Below, piece after piece: positions 37,700 to 50,810 of a DNA stretch of 64,000 nucleotides. The stretch comes from Octopus bimaculoides. Its lineage: Eukaryota. Below the pieces are notes generated by a model. That model had not been told where the DNA came from. It saw nothing but the letters and a program-made list of their open reading frames with translations, and ran no database searches. Each line of letters starts with the position of its first letter. The first letter of the stretch is position 1. The translations under genes were made by a program, and so were the position numbers. The DNA lies in NCBI RefSeq assembly GCF_001194135.2, contig NC_068986.1, positions 6,181,067 through 6,245,066 on the forward strand, in the 5' to 3' direction.

Positions 37700-38800
37700 T
37701 ATAATCGATTTAAGAGCTGTGTCCACCTGGCAGATTATTTTGAAATATTTTTCCTTTTTGTTTTTCACTATTAAGAAGGTTACTGCATTCCTTCATGTCC
37801 ATATTTTGGATTTTGTTCCATTCAGCAAATACTTGTTCTTCAAGTTTGGTCAGATTATTTATTTTGTTATCTACGTTATTCATTGCTGATAAATTGTTCG
37901 TAATCTCATTAGTATGTTTCTCTACAATGGTTTAATTTTTAAGTAGTGTATTTAGGTTGTTTCTGCTTGTGGGTCTTGTTATTTACTTCTTCCTGTAAAG
38001 ATTTTTCTTCTATGACATTGACATAGTTTTTGGCTATTAATTTGCAAGTTGCATTTACTGGGTTGTTTCTCAAATTTGATTTTACATTTTCTTTTATTTG
38101 GTCACTTTCAATGTCAGTCAACTATTTCTGGTTTATAAACTCTCTTCAGACATTCACAACTTTGTTACTGTTATATTCAGCCTAATGTTTGGGTTCTTTT
38201 CTCTCCAAATTTGGTATGTTTTCTCAATTTTTGAAACTTCTTATGGATAATACATGGAAGTGTAATAAGCCACAAGGACTTGTTTATTGTTTTTCCTGAA
38301 CCATTTCTAGTTCTTGATTTGACTGATACTTGTCGGTGTTGGACATGGAAAGCCTTCAGAAAAATCTGTCCTGTTGTGGGAGACCTCTAGCCATATATTG
38401 CTAGGAAGGTTTCAACTAGAAGCAAAATTTTCACTCCCTGACTACTTCTCCTCAGGGTGACACAGCCTTTGTTCACCCAGGCAGTGACTGATCCAGTAAA
38501 GATTTTTATTGCCATTAAGATATGAGAGATTTGTGAGTAAGGGCCCGCAAAGATCGATGTTTTTAAAGTAACACCATCTCTCAATAAGTTATTCATTGTG
38601 TGATAGGACTCATTGTGTAGATAGGACTCAAAGAGTCCTATCTACATTTAGTTGAGGCAGGCTGTCTCATGTTGGTTGCCAATCCAGTATGTTGTCCTTT
38701 GAGGGTTTTATATCAGACTTCTTCATAAGAGCAGGAATGGAATTTGTTTAGTGGGTGCAAACTCAGGTCCAAAACTTTTGCAAATGAGGTCAATTTTTCA
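37700..38800 (-). mobile_element. Possible decayed N-terminal region of a Penelope-like ORF
   Basis: KSFGPEFAPTKQIP (~38730-38790) resembles the GL.F.PTP..IP motif; the rest is heavily stop-ridden. Confidence 0.3.
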
Positions 38801-39041
38801 ATCTTAATAATCCTTCCTACTAAAGGCACAAGGCCTTAAAATTGGGGGAGGGGGTAAGTCGATTACATCGACCCCAGTACTCAATTGGTATTTATTTTAT
38901 TGACCCTGAAAAGACGAAAAGCAAAGTCGACCAGGTGGAATTTAAACTCAAATTGTAAAGATGGACGAAATGCTGCTCAACATTTTGCCTGGTGTGCTAA
39001 TGATCCTGCCAGCTTGCTGTCTTAAACACAGGTATAATAGT

Positions 39042-41060
39042 GTTGCAGTCTAACATTGGATTGTTATAACGTCCATTATGGTATAGCAGTATAGTTAGTT
39101 AGGCAAGTAAAGACACAACTATGACCGACTTTGCCAACCTCTCGACTTCCTACATCACAGTATATGTAACAATTATCACATACCACTCATCATGTGAGAG
39201 GAGTGTTCCATTATTATTACCCCTATAACATCTCCCTTTTTAAATTTTTTTTCTTCAGGAGTGTAATTTTCTTTTTATTAACAATAATTTTTACATCACC
39301 CCACCTCCCTTTTTTTTTTGAGTTTTTTTTTCATACAGTTACAAATTTAATATTTTCTCATTTAGCATCCACTTTCAGGAACTCCATACATTTTTTTTTC
39401 TTTTGCTTGTGTATACTATATAATAGCTAATATAGTTAGCTAATATGACCTTTGTGTATTGTAGTGTTATTCGAAATTTTAGAGCCAGTGACTAAATTAT
39501 TTAGATATTTTCTCTATAAATAAGACTAGAGACTGCAGATTATTAAATATGTATGTACTATATGGGGTCAGAATCTAGCTAGGTGAAAGTAAACTGAATA
39601 ATTAAGTGGTTGGGGGTAAGTCCAGGAGTTGTGAGTTCAATGCCTGAATAGTGGCAGGCGGGATCAGATGAGGGAATTACCAATGAGAAAAGATCATGAA
39701 GTGATTAGAAATTAAAAATGGGGACTTAAGGCTTATTGTATTTAAAGGTTTTAATCAGTTTATGCATACAAGTTGGTTTGAATTCTGATCTTTTATTAAC
39801 TAGTTTGTCCTTCTCAGAGAATCTAATGATTTTCAATTGTTCTAAGGAACATAACTGGCAACCAGTTCTATTATTTTTATAAATCACTGCCAATCAAACT
39901 ATGGACCATCTAAGGTTAAAGTTAATATTTTCGTCTTTAAGTTCCCATATTCTACATGACAATGAAGTGCTATTAGTCTTATGCCTGAGTCTAAATGATG
40001 ACCTATGATTATAGAACCTAGATTTCCAGAAGGATGAGCAACCAGGGTAGGTGAGAGTATTTGCTTCCGTAATTATTTCACAAGAGTAGACTATGTTCTT
40101 TGCTAGGCAGTTTCCACGCAAAGGACATGTTGTTGTTGTTACACAATTGCACCCAAATTTATAATTGCCAGGCCGTCTAATGCTTGCATGTGGAGGGTAG
40201 CTGTTTATAGAATTGCTATCTTAGTTACTTCTAGGGTAATTAGAGTTTACGCCTACACTGTTGTTACTATTACTGTTATTACCTCTATTGGAGTTGTTCA
40301 AAGTTTCACTATCTCTATTCTTTCCGCCGTTAATACTGGTGCTATATCTATTAGCCTTATCAATATTATTGTTAATTATATTGGAATTGTGACTAGTATA
40401 GTTATTGCCATAATTACTGTTTGAGGTGAAACTGGTTATTCTATTAGTAGTAGCAGTATCGTTATTTAACGTCGAAGTACTATAGAGTGTGCCACTATTC
40501 TGTGTTGGGTCTTGATTTAATGATTCATCTAGTGAACTGTGATTTGATATTTGGATAGGGTTATAGGGCCTAATAATGTTGTTGTCATTACAATTATCAT
40601 TATTACTACCATTATCAACAATTTTATTATTCTCAGGATTATTAATTTGGATACTATCATTATTAGTTCTTGGATTATTGGGGTTAGACTGATTATTATT
40701 GTTTGTTCTTAATCTAGCTTTTTTTTTTATTTTGGTTTTATTATGTTTAGATATATACCGTAAAATTCACACAAAAACTTTTGTGAGTTTCATAACTCCT
40801 TGTAAGTTTAATTCTTGTGAGTTTGTTAATTTCTTGTGAGTTCCTTAATTTCTTGTCACCACTGCTGTAATCCAATGTTGGATTGTTATAACGTCCATTC
40901 TGGTATAGCAGTATAGCTAGTTAGACAAGTAAAGACACAACTCTCTATGACCGACTTCACCAACTTCTTGACTTCCTACATCAGTATTTGTAATGACTAG
41001 CACATACTGCTCATCATGTAGGAGGGGTGTTACATTATTATTATTATTATCCCCATAACA
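39042..41060 (+). repeat. About 190-bp diverged direct repeats (39042-39230 and 40864-41060)
   Basis: TTGGATTGTTATAACGTCCATT...GTAAAGACACAACT...GACTTCCTACATC...CTCATCATGT shared. Confidence 0.85.
39740..40760 (-). mobile_element. Penelope-like element: Asn-rich linker plus GIY-YIG endonuclease
   Basis: CNCVTTTTCPLRGNCLAKNIVYSC...FWKSRFYNHRSSFR...STSLSCRIWELKDENINFNLRWSIV...CQLCSLEQ...LVNKRSEF. Confidence 0.85.
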
Positions 41061-41568
41061 AATAGTAATAATTATTATTATATTCATACACCAAAAAAAT
41101 CAGATAATTCCAATGATAAAAAAGTAATATTTCAAATCAGTCTAAAAAGGTTTCTGTGTTTTCCAAGGGAAGGGTATTCAAAGCGTTTTCGTTATCCTCC
41201 AAAAATTGTAGGGCTGTGTGCTTGCTACCCCCGTACCCACTGTTTCTGAGTTTCTGAACTTCTTGTGTCCTAGACAGGCTGCCTTCACATGGCTTTATCC
41301 AACATGACAGAAGTCCTACCTACCCTTATTATTATCTCCCTCACAAAAAGAGAGGAAAAAACTATTTTGCCTTTTTACAGTTCATTGGTCCTCTGACAGA
41401 TATTGTTTTTCATGCTTCAGGGTGACCAAATAGAAAGAAAAACACCCACCTCACAGAGCATGGTCTATGGAGTTATTGGCTTAATCACTGATGGCCCAAC
41501 TTTGTGGATATGGACTTGAATCCAATCATCCTGATGTAATTTGATTGCATGCCTTCTTAATTATTATT

Positions 41569-41868
41569 AGGTCAGAGCATTGGGCTCACAATCACGAGGT
41601 AGTGAGTTCTATTCCTGGACCAGGCTGTGTGCTGTGTTCTTGAGCAAGACGCTTTATTTCACATTGCACCAGTTCACTCAGCTGTAGAAATGAGTTGTGA
41701 CATCATTGGTGCCAAGCTGTATCAGCCTCTGCCTTTCCCTTGGATAACATTGTTGGCATGTAGAGGGGAATCTGGTATGCATGGACGACTGCTGGTCTTC
41801 CAGAAACAAACTTGCCTGGACTTGTGCCTTGGAACCCTATAGTCATTCATGACCAAAGGGGTTTCCTT
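41569..41868 (+). mobile_element. SINE family D (tRNA-like head, GTGTTCTTGAGCAAGAC core)
   Basis: Minus-strand head fragments of the same family at ~44040-44200, 44220-44330 and 45865-45950. Confidence 0.7.
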
Positions 41869-41949
41869 ATCCTGTTATCATTATTAAGGTGATAGTTAAC
41901 AGAATTATTAGCCCATCAGGCAAAATGCTTAGTGGCATTTCTTCTAACT

Positions 41950-42265
41950 CTTTTACTCTTTTACTTGTTTCAGTCATTTGACTGTGGCCATGCTGGAGCA
42001 CCGCCTTTAGTCGAGCAAATCGACCCCAGGACTTAGTCTTTGTAAGCCTAGTACTTATTCTATCAGTCTCTTTTGCTGAATCGCTAAGTTACGGGGACAT
42101 AAACACACCAGCATCGGTTGTCAAGCAATGCTAGGGGGANNNNNNNNNNAAGGCTTTGGTTGGCCCGAGGCTATAGTAGAAGACACTTGCCCAAGATGCC
42201 ACGCAGTGGGACTAAACCCGGAACCATGTGGCTGGTAAGCAAGCTACTTACCACACAGCCATGCC
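41950..42265 (-). mobile_element. SINE family A copy
   Basis: Matches 19141-19547; internal microsatellite replaced by a 10-N gap. Confidence 0.88.
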
Positions 42266-42638
42266 TGCACCTTCACATTCTGAGTTCAATTCCAGTTAAG
42301 ATCAATTTTGCTTTTCATCCTTTTGTGGTTGATTAAATAAAGCATCAATCAAGTACTGGGGCCAGTGTAATTGACTTACCTCTTCTCATCAAAATTGCTG
42401 CCCTTGTGCCAACACTAGAAAGAATCATTATTCTTTTCTACTTTAGGCACAAGGCCTGAAATTTTGGGGGAAGGGGCCAGTCGATTAGATCGACCCAGTA
42501 TGCAACTGGTACTTAATTTATCAACCCCGAAAGGATGAAAAGCAAAGTCAACCTCAGTGGAATTTGAACTCAGAATGTAAAGACAGATGAAATACCACTA
42601 ATGCTATGATAATGATGGTTATGACAACGACAACGACT

Positions 42639-42677
<39 letters not shown>

Positions 42678-42946
42678 GTATTTCTTCCAATTCTTTATGT
42701 TTTGATTTCAAATCCCAGCATGGTCATCTTTGCCGTTCATTCTCTCATAAATAAGTCAAGTTATGGCGTCAATGGCATTGACTTATCTCTTCTCTCAGAA
42801 TTGCTGGCTTTTGTGCTTAAATCAGAAATCATTAGTATTATTCTCGTATTATTGTAGTAGTAGTGGTAGTGGTGGTGGTGGTAGTGGTGGTTGCAGTGGT
42901 AGTAGTGGTGGTGGTAGTGGTGGTGATGGTGGTAGCGGTGGTCGTG

Positions 42947-42982
<36 letters not shown>

Positions 42983-44729
42983 GTTAGTGGTGGTGGTGGT
43001 GGTGGTAGTAGCAGTGATTGGCAGGGACAGTAAAATGCTGGTTGAAATTAATTACATCATTTTACATTTGGAGATTAAATCCTGCTACGGCTGACTCTGT
43101 CTTTCATCTCATTAGGATGTCAATAAAATAAATAAATACAATACAACAATTTAATGAGGTTGATCCAATCAATCTCCACCCTCCATCACTCTGCCATGCG
43201 TTACACCAAAGTTAAAAATCATTATAATTATACTAACAGTGATAAGTGGAAAGCTTTGGTAAAAAATAGTTTTAAGTCAGATTAATATTTAGTTATGGTG
43301 AAGGTAGAAAGCTGGCAGAATTGTTAGCACACCAGCTAAAATGCTTACTGGCATTTTGTCTGTTTTTATGTTCTGAGTTCAAATTCCACTGTGGTCACAT
43401 TTGCCTTTCATCCTTTTGGAATTGATAAAATAAGAACCAGTGAACGCTGGGGTTGATGTATTAGGCTAGTCTTGTCCCCACCAAATTTCAGGCCTTGTGC
43501 CTTCCATAAAAAGTATTATTATTATTAATATCATTATTATTATTGTGGTGAATAGAATTGTTAGTACTTCAAGCAAAATTCTTAGTGGCATTTCGTCCAT
43601 CATTACGTTCTGAGTTCAAATTCCACTCTGGTCAAATTTGCTTTTCATCCTTTTGGAGTCAATAAAACAAACACCAGTGAATACTGGGGTCGATGTATTT
43701 GACTAGTCTCATCCCCACCAAATTTCAGGCCTTGTGCTTTCAGTAGAAAGGATTATCATTATTATTACGATAAAATAAGTACCAGTTGAGCACTTGGGTA
43801 ATGTAATTGCTGGCCTTGTGCCAAAATTAGAAATTTATATTTAGTTATGGCTATGCATGGTAAAGAAGCTAGGTTTAGGCATGGCTATATTGTTGAGAAG
43901 TTTTCTTTGAAACCACGTGACCTCAGGTTTCAATGCCATTGCAGAGCACTTTTGACACGTTCCTTTTCTTATAACCTTGACAAGTCTCTTAACTCCTTGG
44001 AGTTCACTACGGCCATGCAGCATATCTAGGGCAAAAAAAGCCTGGTGGAGCCCATCTCTCTCTCGGCTAAATTCATTTCTACATCAAAGTGGACTGGAGC
44101 AACATGAAATCAAGTGTTTTGCTCAAGAACACAATGGATTGCCCAGTCCATGGATTGAAACTACAATCTTTCAGTTGTGAATCCAACACCCTAACTACTA
44201 AGAAACGTACCTCCACTAGTGGAACTCATTTCTACAACTGAGTGGACTGGAGCAATGTGAAGTGAAGTGTTTTTGCTCAAGAACACAACACATTGCCTGG
44301 TCTAGGGATTGAAACCACAATCTTACTAGGCATTTTACCTGGTGTAGGCCCTAGGTTATAGGAGGTGTGTGGCTTAGCTAGAGGTTAACCCTAGGGCATA
44401 GGGTTAACCAAAAACCTTGTGAGGGAAGATGAAAACTCTGTTGAAGCCTGTTGTGTGTGTGTGTATTTGTGCATGTGTATATGCATGTGTGTTTGCATGC
44501 ATGTGTATGTATCTTTGTATTTGTCTCTCACCACCCAACAACCAGTGTTGGTTTGTTTGTTAGTTTCAACATGGATATTCAGCAACAACAAGAGATCAAT
44601 ACAATAAGTACCAGACATAAAACAAGCTTTGAGGTTGATGCGATCAACTTGGATGACATCTGAGATGATGCAGCTGTTATGTACATAAAACATCCTGGAC
44701 CACACCCTGAGAAGAGCCTCACTGGAATT

Positions 44730-44995
44730 CAACCACTTATGAACACACTCCTGCCTTTAGTATGCTGTCTCTTCTATCTGTTTATCTAATGCTACTATAA
44801 TGGCATCTGTTCCTTAGAGACAGCTAGCCATTGGAGATGGCTCCAGCAGTCAAGTATCTCTTTGCTATTCATCTCTCCATCTCTCATCAATTTTGATGCA
44901 TTCCTCGCCACCAATACTGTACTAACCACTATGCCTGGCTCTTTCTTCCAACAACATTGGCCTTTTGGAATCTTCTCTCTGCTGTAAGTGTTGAC
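44730..44995 (+). mobile_element. CR1/L2/Jockey-group LINE C-terminal remnant
   Basis: ...LFY..YYNGICSLE...TNHYAWLFLPTTLAFW resembles the conserved LFY.YY.G.CS...Y..SFFP....WN terminus. Confidence 0.4.
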
Positions 44996-45034
44996 TGCAA
45001 TAGATTACCTTCTTTATCACAATATTTCCATTAA

Positions 45035-45657
45035 CCCTTTAGCACTTAAACCAGCCATATTCTATTTGTTTTATGCTCAAACAGATCTGGCCTCTCATAC
45101 CTTACACTACAATGCCATACTAAAACTAAACAATTACATCATTGAAAATCTTGACGCTATGAAATATTCTTTTCTACTCTAGGCACAAGGCTTGATATTT
45201 TGTGGGCAGGGGACAGTTGATTAGATCGTCCCCAGTATGCAACTGGTACTTAATTTATCGGCCCTGAAAGGATGAAAGGCAAAGTTGACCTCTGCGGAAT
45301 TTGAACTCAGAGCATAAAGACAGACGAAATACCGCTAAGCATTTCACCCAGTGTGCTAATGTTTCTGCCATGAATAATTTGGAGGCAATGACCAAGACCT
45401 TTGTCATTATGTTGTGCTTGAGAAGAAGACCCATCAAGCCAAGTAAAATCAGCCATGGCAGATGCTGGTGTCATGCAAGTGGCACCTGTGCCTTTGGCAC
45501 ATAAAAGCACCCATTACAATCTCAGAGTGGTTGGTGTTAAGAAGGGCATTCAGCCATAGAAGACCATGCCAAATCAGACTGGAGCCTGATGAAACCTTCC
45601 TGCATGCCAGCCCAGTCGAACTGTCCAACTCATGCCAGCATGGACAATGGACGTTAA

Positions 45658-45695
<38 letters not shown>

Positions 45696-45754
45696 TTTAA
45701 ACAACATGAATAAATAATCATTGCATTTGACAGACTAATCTGAATGCTAAAGGG
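45035..45754. mobile_element. piggyBac-type MITE split by SINE C (-) and RTE 3' end (+) insertions
   Basis: TTAA-CCCTTTAGCA at 45031-45044 and TGCTAAAGGG-TTAA at 45745-45758; inserts at ~45170-45380 and ~45390-45692. Confidence 0.8.
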
Positions 45755-46129
45755 TTAAAATAGATAGTCTTTGATTAATTTTGAACATAATAAGTAATTT
45801 GTTAAAACGAGTTTGTTATTATTAAGTTTGTGTTTGGAATAGAAATTAGTATGAAGTTTTGATGCACTACCAGGTCTGGGAATTGAAACCACAATCTTGT
45901 GATCATGAGTACAATACCCTAACTCTCAGGCCATGCTTCATCACATGTAAAGTGTTTATTGGGGATTAGTTAAAACAATTATACCCAATCCTTCATAAAT
46001 TTGGTGCTTTTTGCCAGTGTAAGAAATCTTTTTACCTCACTGAAGAGTGGAACCTGTATCACAAATATTGTTCCCCACTATGTTGTTTTTTAACTGTTGC
46101 AGATTAAAACAAACAGGTTTTTTCTATCA

Positions 46130-46745
46130 AAATATAAAACCCGCATAATCGGAACAGCATGTCAGCTGTCTTCCATCCAAATGTTTGTAAACTGATGGTG
46201 ATCTGGTTGAATGTAATTAGATATTTTAGGAGGTGGTCTAATTAGCAGAGAAGGTAGGTGTTCTGAATGCATAGGAGCTAGAGCAAGGACAAAATGGATT
46301 AAGTTCAGGAAGCTATTATCTCTGTGGGTAACTAAGAGGCTTCATCTCTAAGTAAGGTGCAATGAAGTTGTGATGTTACTTGTTAATGAAACAGATATTG
46401 AATTAGAAGATGTGAAGGCTGGAAAGAAATGGAGATATAAATATTTGGTGTTGGTATACTTGAATGATGTAGCAAAGATGGGCTGAGTCAAGAAACTAAA
46501 TATAGAAGGAATCAGAAACTGCATATGTTGTGCAAAAGAGGTGACTACACTGGTATGGATATATGATGTGCATGGATACAGGGAGGATGTCAGTTGGATA
46601 AAGATCGGGAGAAGTGATCTAGGCTGAAGGAACCTGCGGAAGAAGAAGAAGCAGAGAGAATTTGTGACAATGGAGCACAGTATACTGAACTTCACAAAGG
46701 AAATGAGGATGGGATGCAACAAGTAGCAAGATGCTGTGCAGAGGT
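46130..46745 (+). mobile_element. RTE LINE RT C-terminal fragment
   Basis: Homologous to 8400-8860 (minus), with ..KFRKLL..., and KEVTTLVW region. Confidence 0.7.
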
Positions 46746-48609
46746 TGAGCCATCCAACAGCATAGTAAAACTGATAGTCAAGTTCTGTGAGTGGGAGAAA
46801 TATGCTACAATATTCTTCTAACTGGCAGTAGTACCAAGATCAAATACACCTATGAATAAAACCAACAAGAGACTCTCTATGAGAGTGCTTGACCTGCTAT
46901 GAATAATAGCCAACAAGGTGTGATTCAAGAAAAAAGAAAGGACACATTGCATGATGAAGTCCAGGATACAACATTTGTTTGTTTATGTGTTTACATCCAT
47001 TTTTCACTGCTAGTATGGGTTAGATGAATATAAATTATTGAGGGATTGTTTTATAGCTGAACGGTCTTCCTGTCATTAATCTTTATCTGTTTTTTCAAGG
47101 TAGGGAATTTTAACCCTACATGTCTTCAAGAAGCATTTTGCTAGCAGATGATATGGTGATGAGGAATGACAACAAACTTCTCTGTTAGTAGTTCAGTGCT
47201 GTTTTATATAACGTGCTGAATGGAAGCATTCAAACACAGACCGACAGACAGACAGACACACACACACGCACACATACAAACACACACATCACACATATGT
47301 GTACGCATAAAACACATACATGTACATACACACACATATATATGTATATGTATATGTATATATNNNNNNNNNNNNNNNNNNNNNNNNNNNNNNNNNNNNN
47401 NNNNNNNNNNNNNNNNNNNNNNNNNNNNNNNNNNNNNNNNNNNNNNNNNNNNNNNNNNNNNNNNNNNNNNNNNNNNNNNNNNNNNNNNNNNNNNNNNNNN
47501 NNNNNNNNNNNNNNNNNNNNNNNNNNNNNNNNNNNNNNNNNNNNNNNNNNNNNNNNNNNNNNNNNNNNNNNNNNNNNNNNNNNNNNNNNNNNNNNNNNNN
47601 NNNNNNNNNNNNNNNNNNNNNNNNNNNNNNNNNNNNNNNNNNNNNNNNNNNNNNNNNNNNNNNNNNNNNNNNNNNNNNNNNNNNNNNNNNNNNNNNNNNN
47701 NNNNNNNNNNNNNNNNNNNNNNNNNNNNNNNNNNNNNNNNNNNNNNNNNNNNNNNNNNNNNNNNNNNNNNNNNNNNNNNNNNNNNNNNNNNNNNNNNNNN
47801 NNNNNNNNNNNNNNNNNNNNNNNNNNNNNNNNNNNNNNNNNNNNNNNNNNNNNNNNNNNNNNNNNNNNNNNNNNNNNNNNNNNNNNNNNNNNNNNNNNNN
47901 NNNNNNNNNNNNNNNNNNNNNNNNNNNNNNNNNNNNNNNNNNNNNNNNNNNNNNNNNNNNNNNNNNNNNNNNNNNNNNNNNNNNNNNNNNNNNNNNNNNN
48001 NNNNNNNNNNNNNNNNNNNNNNNNNNNNNNNNNNNNNTCTTCTTCTTCTTCTTCTTCTTCTTCTTCTTCTTCTTCTTCTTCTTCTTCTTCTTCTTCTTCT
48101 TCTTCTTCTTCTTTATTTTTTCTTTGGTAAATTGTCGAAAATTTTAGAATTTGTCAGATGCAAAACAAAACAAAAAAGAAAGAAAAAAAGGAGGATTTAA
48201 ATTAAATGTTATTAGGTATTTTAGAATTTGTTTTTGTTTTATGTTAAACAGATTTAAATTACATTTAGAAAGGTGAAAGCATAGAAAGTAATTTATTCAA
48301 ATTAGTGTAAAGTAAGAGCTAACACTTAAAATATTTCAACCGAGGAAGCTTTTTAATCAATCAAGACTCCATCCCCATCTTTGTAAAGGTGGAGATAAAT
48401 GTTGAACCAATGCTTAAATTTTAATTGATTGGAAATTTGGTGTCATCAACCGTTTTAATTCTGGGAGATTTGTAGTTCTCTCCTGTCTCTGTCTTGAATA
48501 CATTTAGGCTTTGGTTCAATACTTATCATCTCTCAATGTGGATAGAATGTTGAATGAGTGTGTCTTTATATTTGTCTCTTACTGCATGACAACTGACAGT
48601 TCTCTATGC

Positions 48610-48965
48610 TAGAGAGACATGAAGAACACTGGGTAAATTGACAGAAAGCTAGAGGTGTTTCACCAAAGATGCATGAGAAGGATTCTAAGGACATACAGGC
48701 AAGACCACATAACCAATGAAGACATTCTAAAGATAGCCAACACAAGACCATTTGGCGAAATAATCACAGAATGAAGATTGAAACTAGCAGGTCACATACT
48801 CTGGCTACCAGAACAATACCATTCTAAAACAGCATTCAAATGGACACCACCAGAGAGACAAAGAGAAAATTAAAAAGTAGATGATGCAGCCATCAGAAAC
48901 CAGTGGCATCAGCTTGCTATGCTGTGTACTTGAGATCCCAGAAGGAACTGATACTGAAACTGACT
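48610..48965 (+). mobile_element. Second RTE-clade (Bov-B-like) LINE C-terminal fragment
   Basis: LEVFHQRCMRRILRTYRQDHITNEDIL...RLKLAGHILWLPEQYHSKTAFKWTP. Confidence 0.8.
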
Positions 48966-49849
48966 TGATGAATTGACAACTGGTGTTAGTATGTTTGCAT
49001 TGCCATAACTTAGCATTTCAGCAAATAGAGTCTGATAAAAAAAAGTATCAGACTCTAAAATAAGCAATTTGATTGACTAAATCTTCCAGGTTGGTGCTTC
49101 AGCATGACTACAATCCAATGACTGAAACAAGTAAAAGAATATAAGAATATATTATTTTCTATTCTTTGTTCAATATTCTTTTGGTTTATGATCATAAAAT
49201 GAAGGTGGAAGCCCTCCTCCTCCGCCTTCTCCTCCTCCTTCTCCTCCTCCGTCTCCTCCTCCTCNNNNNNNNNNNNNNNNNNNNNNNNNNNNNNNNNNNN
49301 NNNNNNNNNNNNNNNNNNNNNNNNNNNNNNNNNNNNNNNNNNNNNNNNNNNNNNNNNNNNNNNNNNNNNNNNNNNNNNNNNNNNNNNNNNNNNNNNNNNN
49401 NNNNNNNNNNNNNNNNNNNNNNNNNNNNNNNNNNNNNNNNNNNNNNNNCTCCTCCTCCTCTTCCTCCCCCACCATTGTTTTAATGTCCACTTATCCAAGC
49501 TTGCATGGGTCAGAGAGAACTTGAGACAATTTTCCAATGGTTAGATACCCTTCCTGTTACCAACCTCACCTTTTTCTAAGTACAGTAATATTTCTTCTTA
49601 GCAAGACATGTTTTTTGTGGAAGACTGGAAGTGAAGTATGAAGGAGACCTTTTATATTGTATGGTGGTGACACTCATTTACAACCATTGACTGATGTCAA
49701 GACAAGGAGACATTAACACACACATGCACACAGATATGAGGTAACAGCAAAAAGTTCCCAGACTAGTTCTGTAGTGCACCAACAGACGGCACCACATGGT
49801 TGCATATGCAGTGAGGGCTAGCAGTGACCTACATGAGACAGTGTGCCAA

Positions 49850-50118
49850 TTGACATTGCTATGTTTATTTTGCAAGTTGTGAAATTTGTGTTTTTGTGAT
49901 CACGTGTATGCTGTAGTCTGTGATTTTGTCATGGACAGGAACAAAGAGCCAACATAAAATTTTGCGTTAAACTTGGGAAGTCTGCTACAGAAACATTGAG
50001 CATGCTTCAGCAAGCTTACAGTGATGAGGCAATGGGTTGTATGCAATATTTCAAGTGGTACGGGTACTTCAAAAGCAGAAGAATGTCCCTGGAAGATGAA
50101 GAGCAATCTGGAAGACCT
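49850..50118 (+). mobile_element. 5' fragment of an irritans-type mariner transposase
   Basis: From ~49931: ANIKFCVKLGKSATETLSMLQQAYSDEAMG...KW..YFKS.R.SLEDEEQSGRP. Confidence 0.8.
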
Positions 50119-50149
50119 GTGAAGAGGTGCTGAGAGACAAAAAAGTTTC

Positions 50150-50495
50150 AAAGACACACACACACAAGACAGACTTCTTTCAGCTTTCATTTACCAAGTC
50201 CTCTCACAAGGCTTTGGTTGGCCCGAGGCTTTAGAAGAAGACACTTGCCAAAGGTGTCACTCAGGGGTACTAAACCCAGAACTATGTGGTTGGAGAGTAA
50301 ACATCTCACCACACAGTCATATATATACATGAAGGGCTTCTTTCAGTTTCCCTCTGGTAAATCCACTCACAACTCTCTGGTCAACTTGGGACTATAGCAG
50401 AAGACACATACTCAAGGTGCCACTCAATGGGAATGAACCTGAAACCAGTGGTTGAGAAGTAAACTTCTTAACCACACAGCCACACCTGCACCTGT
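50150..50495 (-). mobile_element. Two tandem SINE A heads
   Basis: 50150-50320 and 50330-50495. Confidence 0.8.
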
Positions 50496-50556
50496 AGGAT
50501 AAAAATGGAAAATCATAAATCTTCTTAAATCTCTGTCAGACGTAATCTCCATAAAT

Positions 50557-50810
50557 CTTATCACAGATTGTTGGTGTGCCTACAAACAACAGCAAAACCA
50601 TTCAGCAGTTAATCACAGTCTGCATTTTGATTCATCAATTAACAAAAAACACTACAGAAGTCATGTGGAGTAGAGTTAAAGAGAAATATCTCACCATGCA
50701 TGGGACATCAGATGCTCTGTTTCCATCTTATCAGCAAGAATTTTGCTGGTGCAGAAACAAAAGCCATAATAATGGTGCATTCAGAGAATTTTTGATTTGC
50801 TTCTTAACCA
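50557..50810 (+). mobile_element. Merlin/IS1595(ISXO2)-like DDE transposase fragment
   Basis: LITDCWCAY...VNHSLHF, then after a frameshift TTEVMWSRVKEKY..MHGTS..LFPSYQQEFCW. Confidence 0.7.

Noticed and set aside
41120-41310. About 55-codon minus-strand open stretch
   Set aside because: No start or usable acceptor; may be an RLE-retroelement C-terminal remnant, too weak to call.
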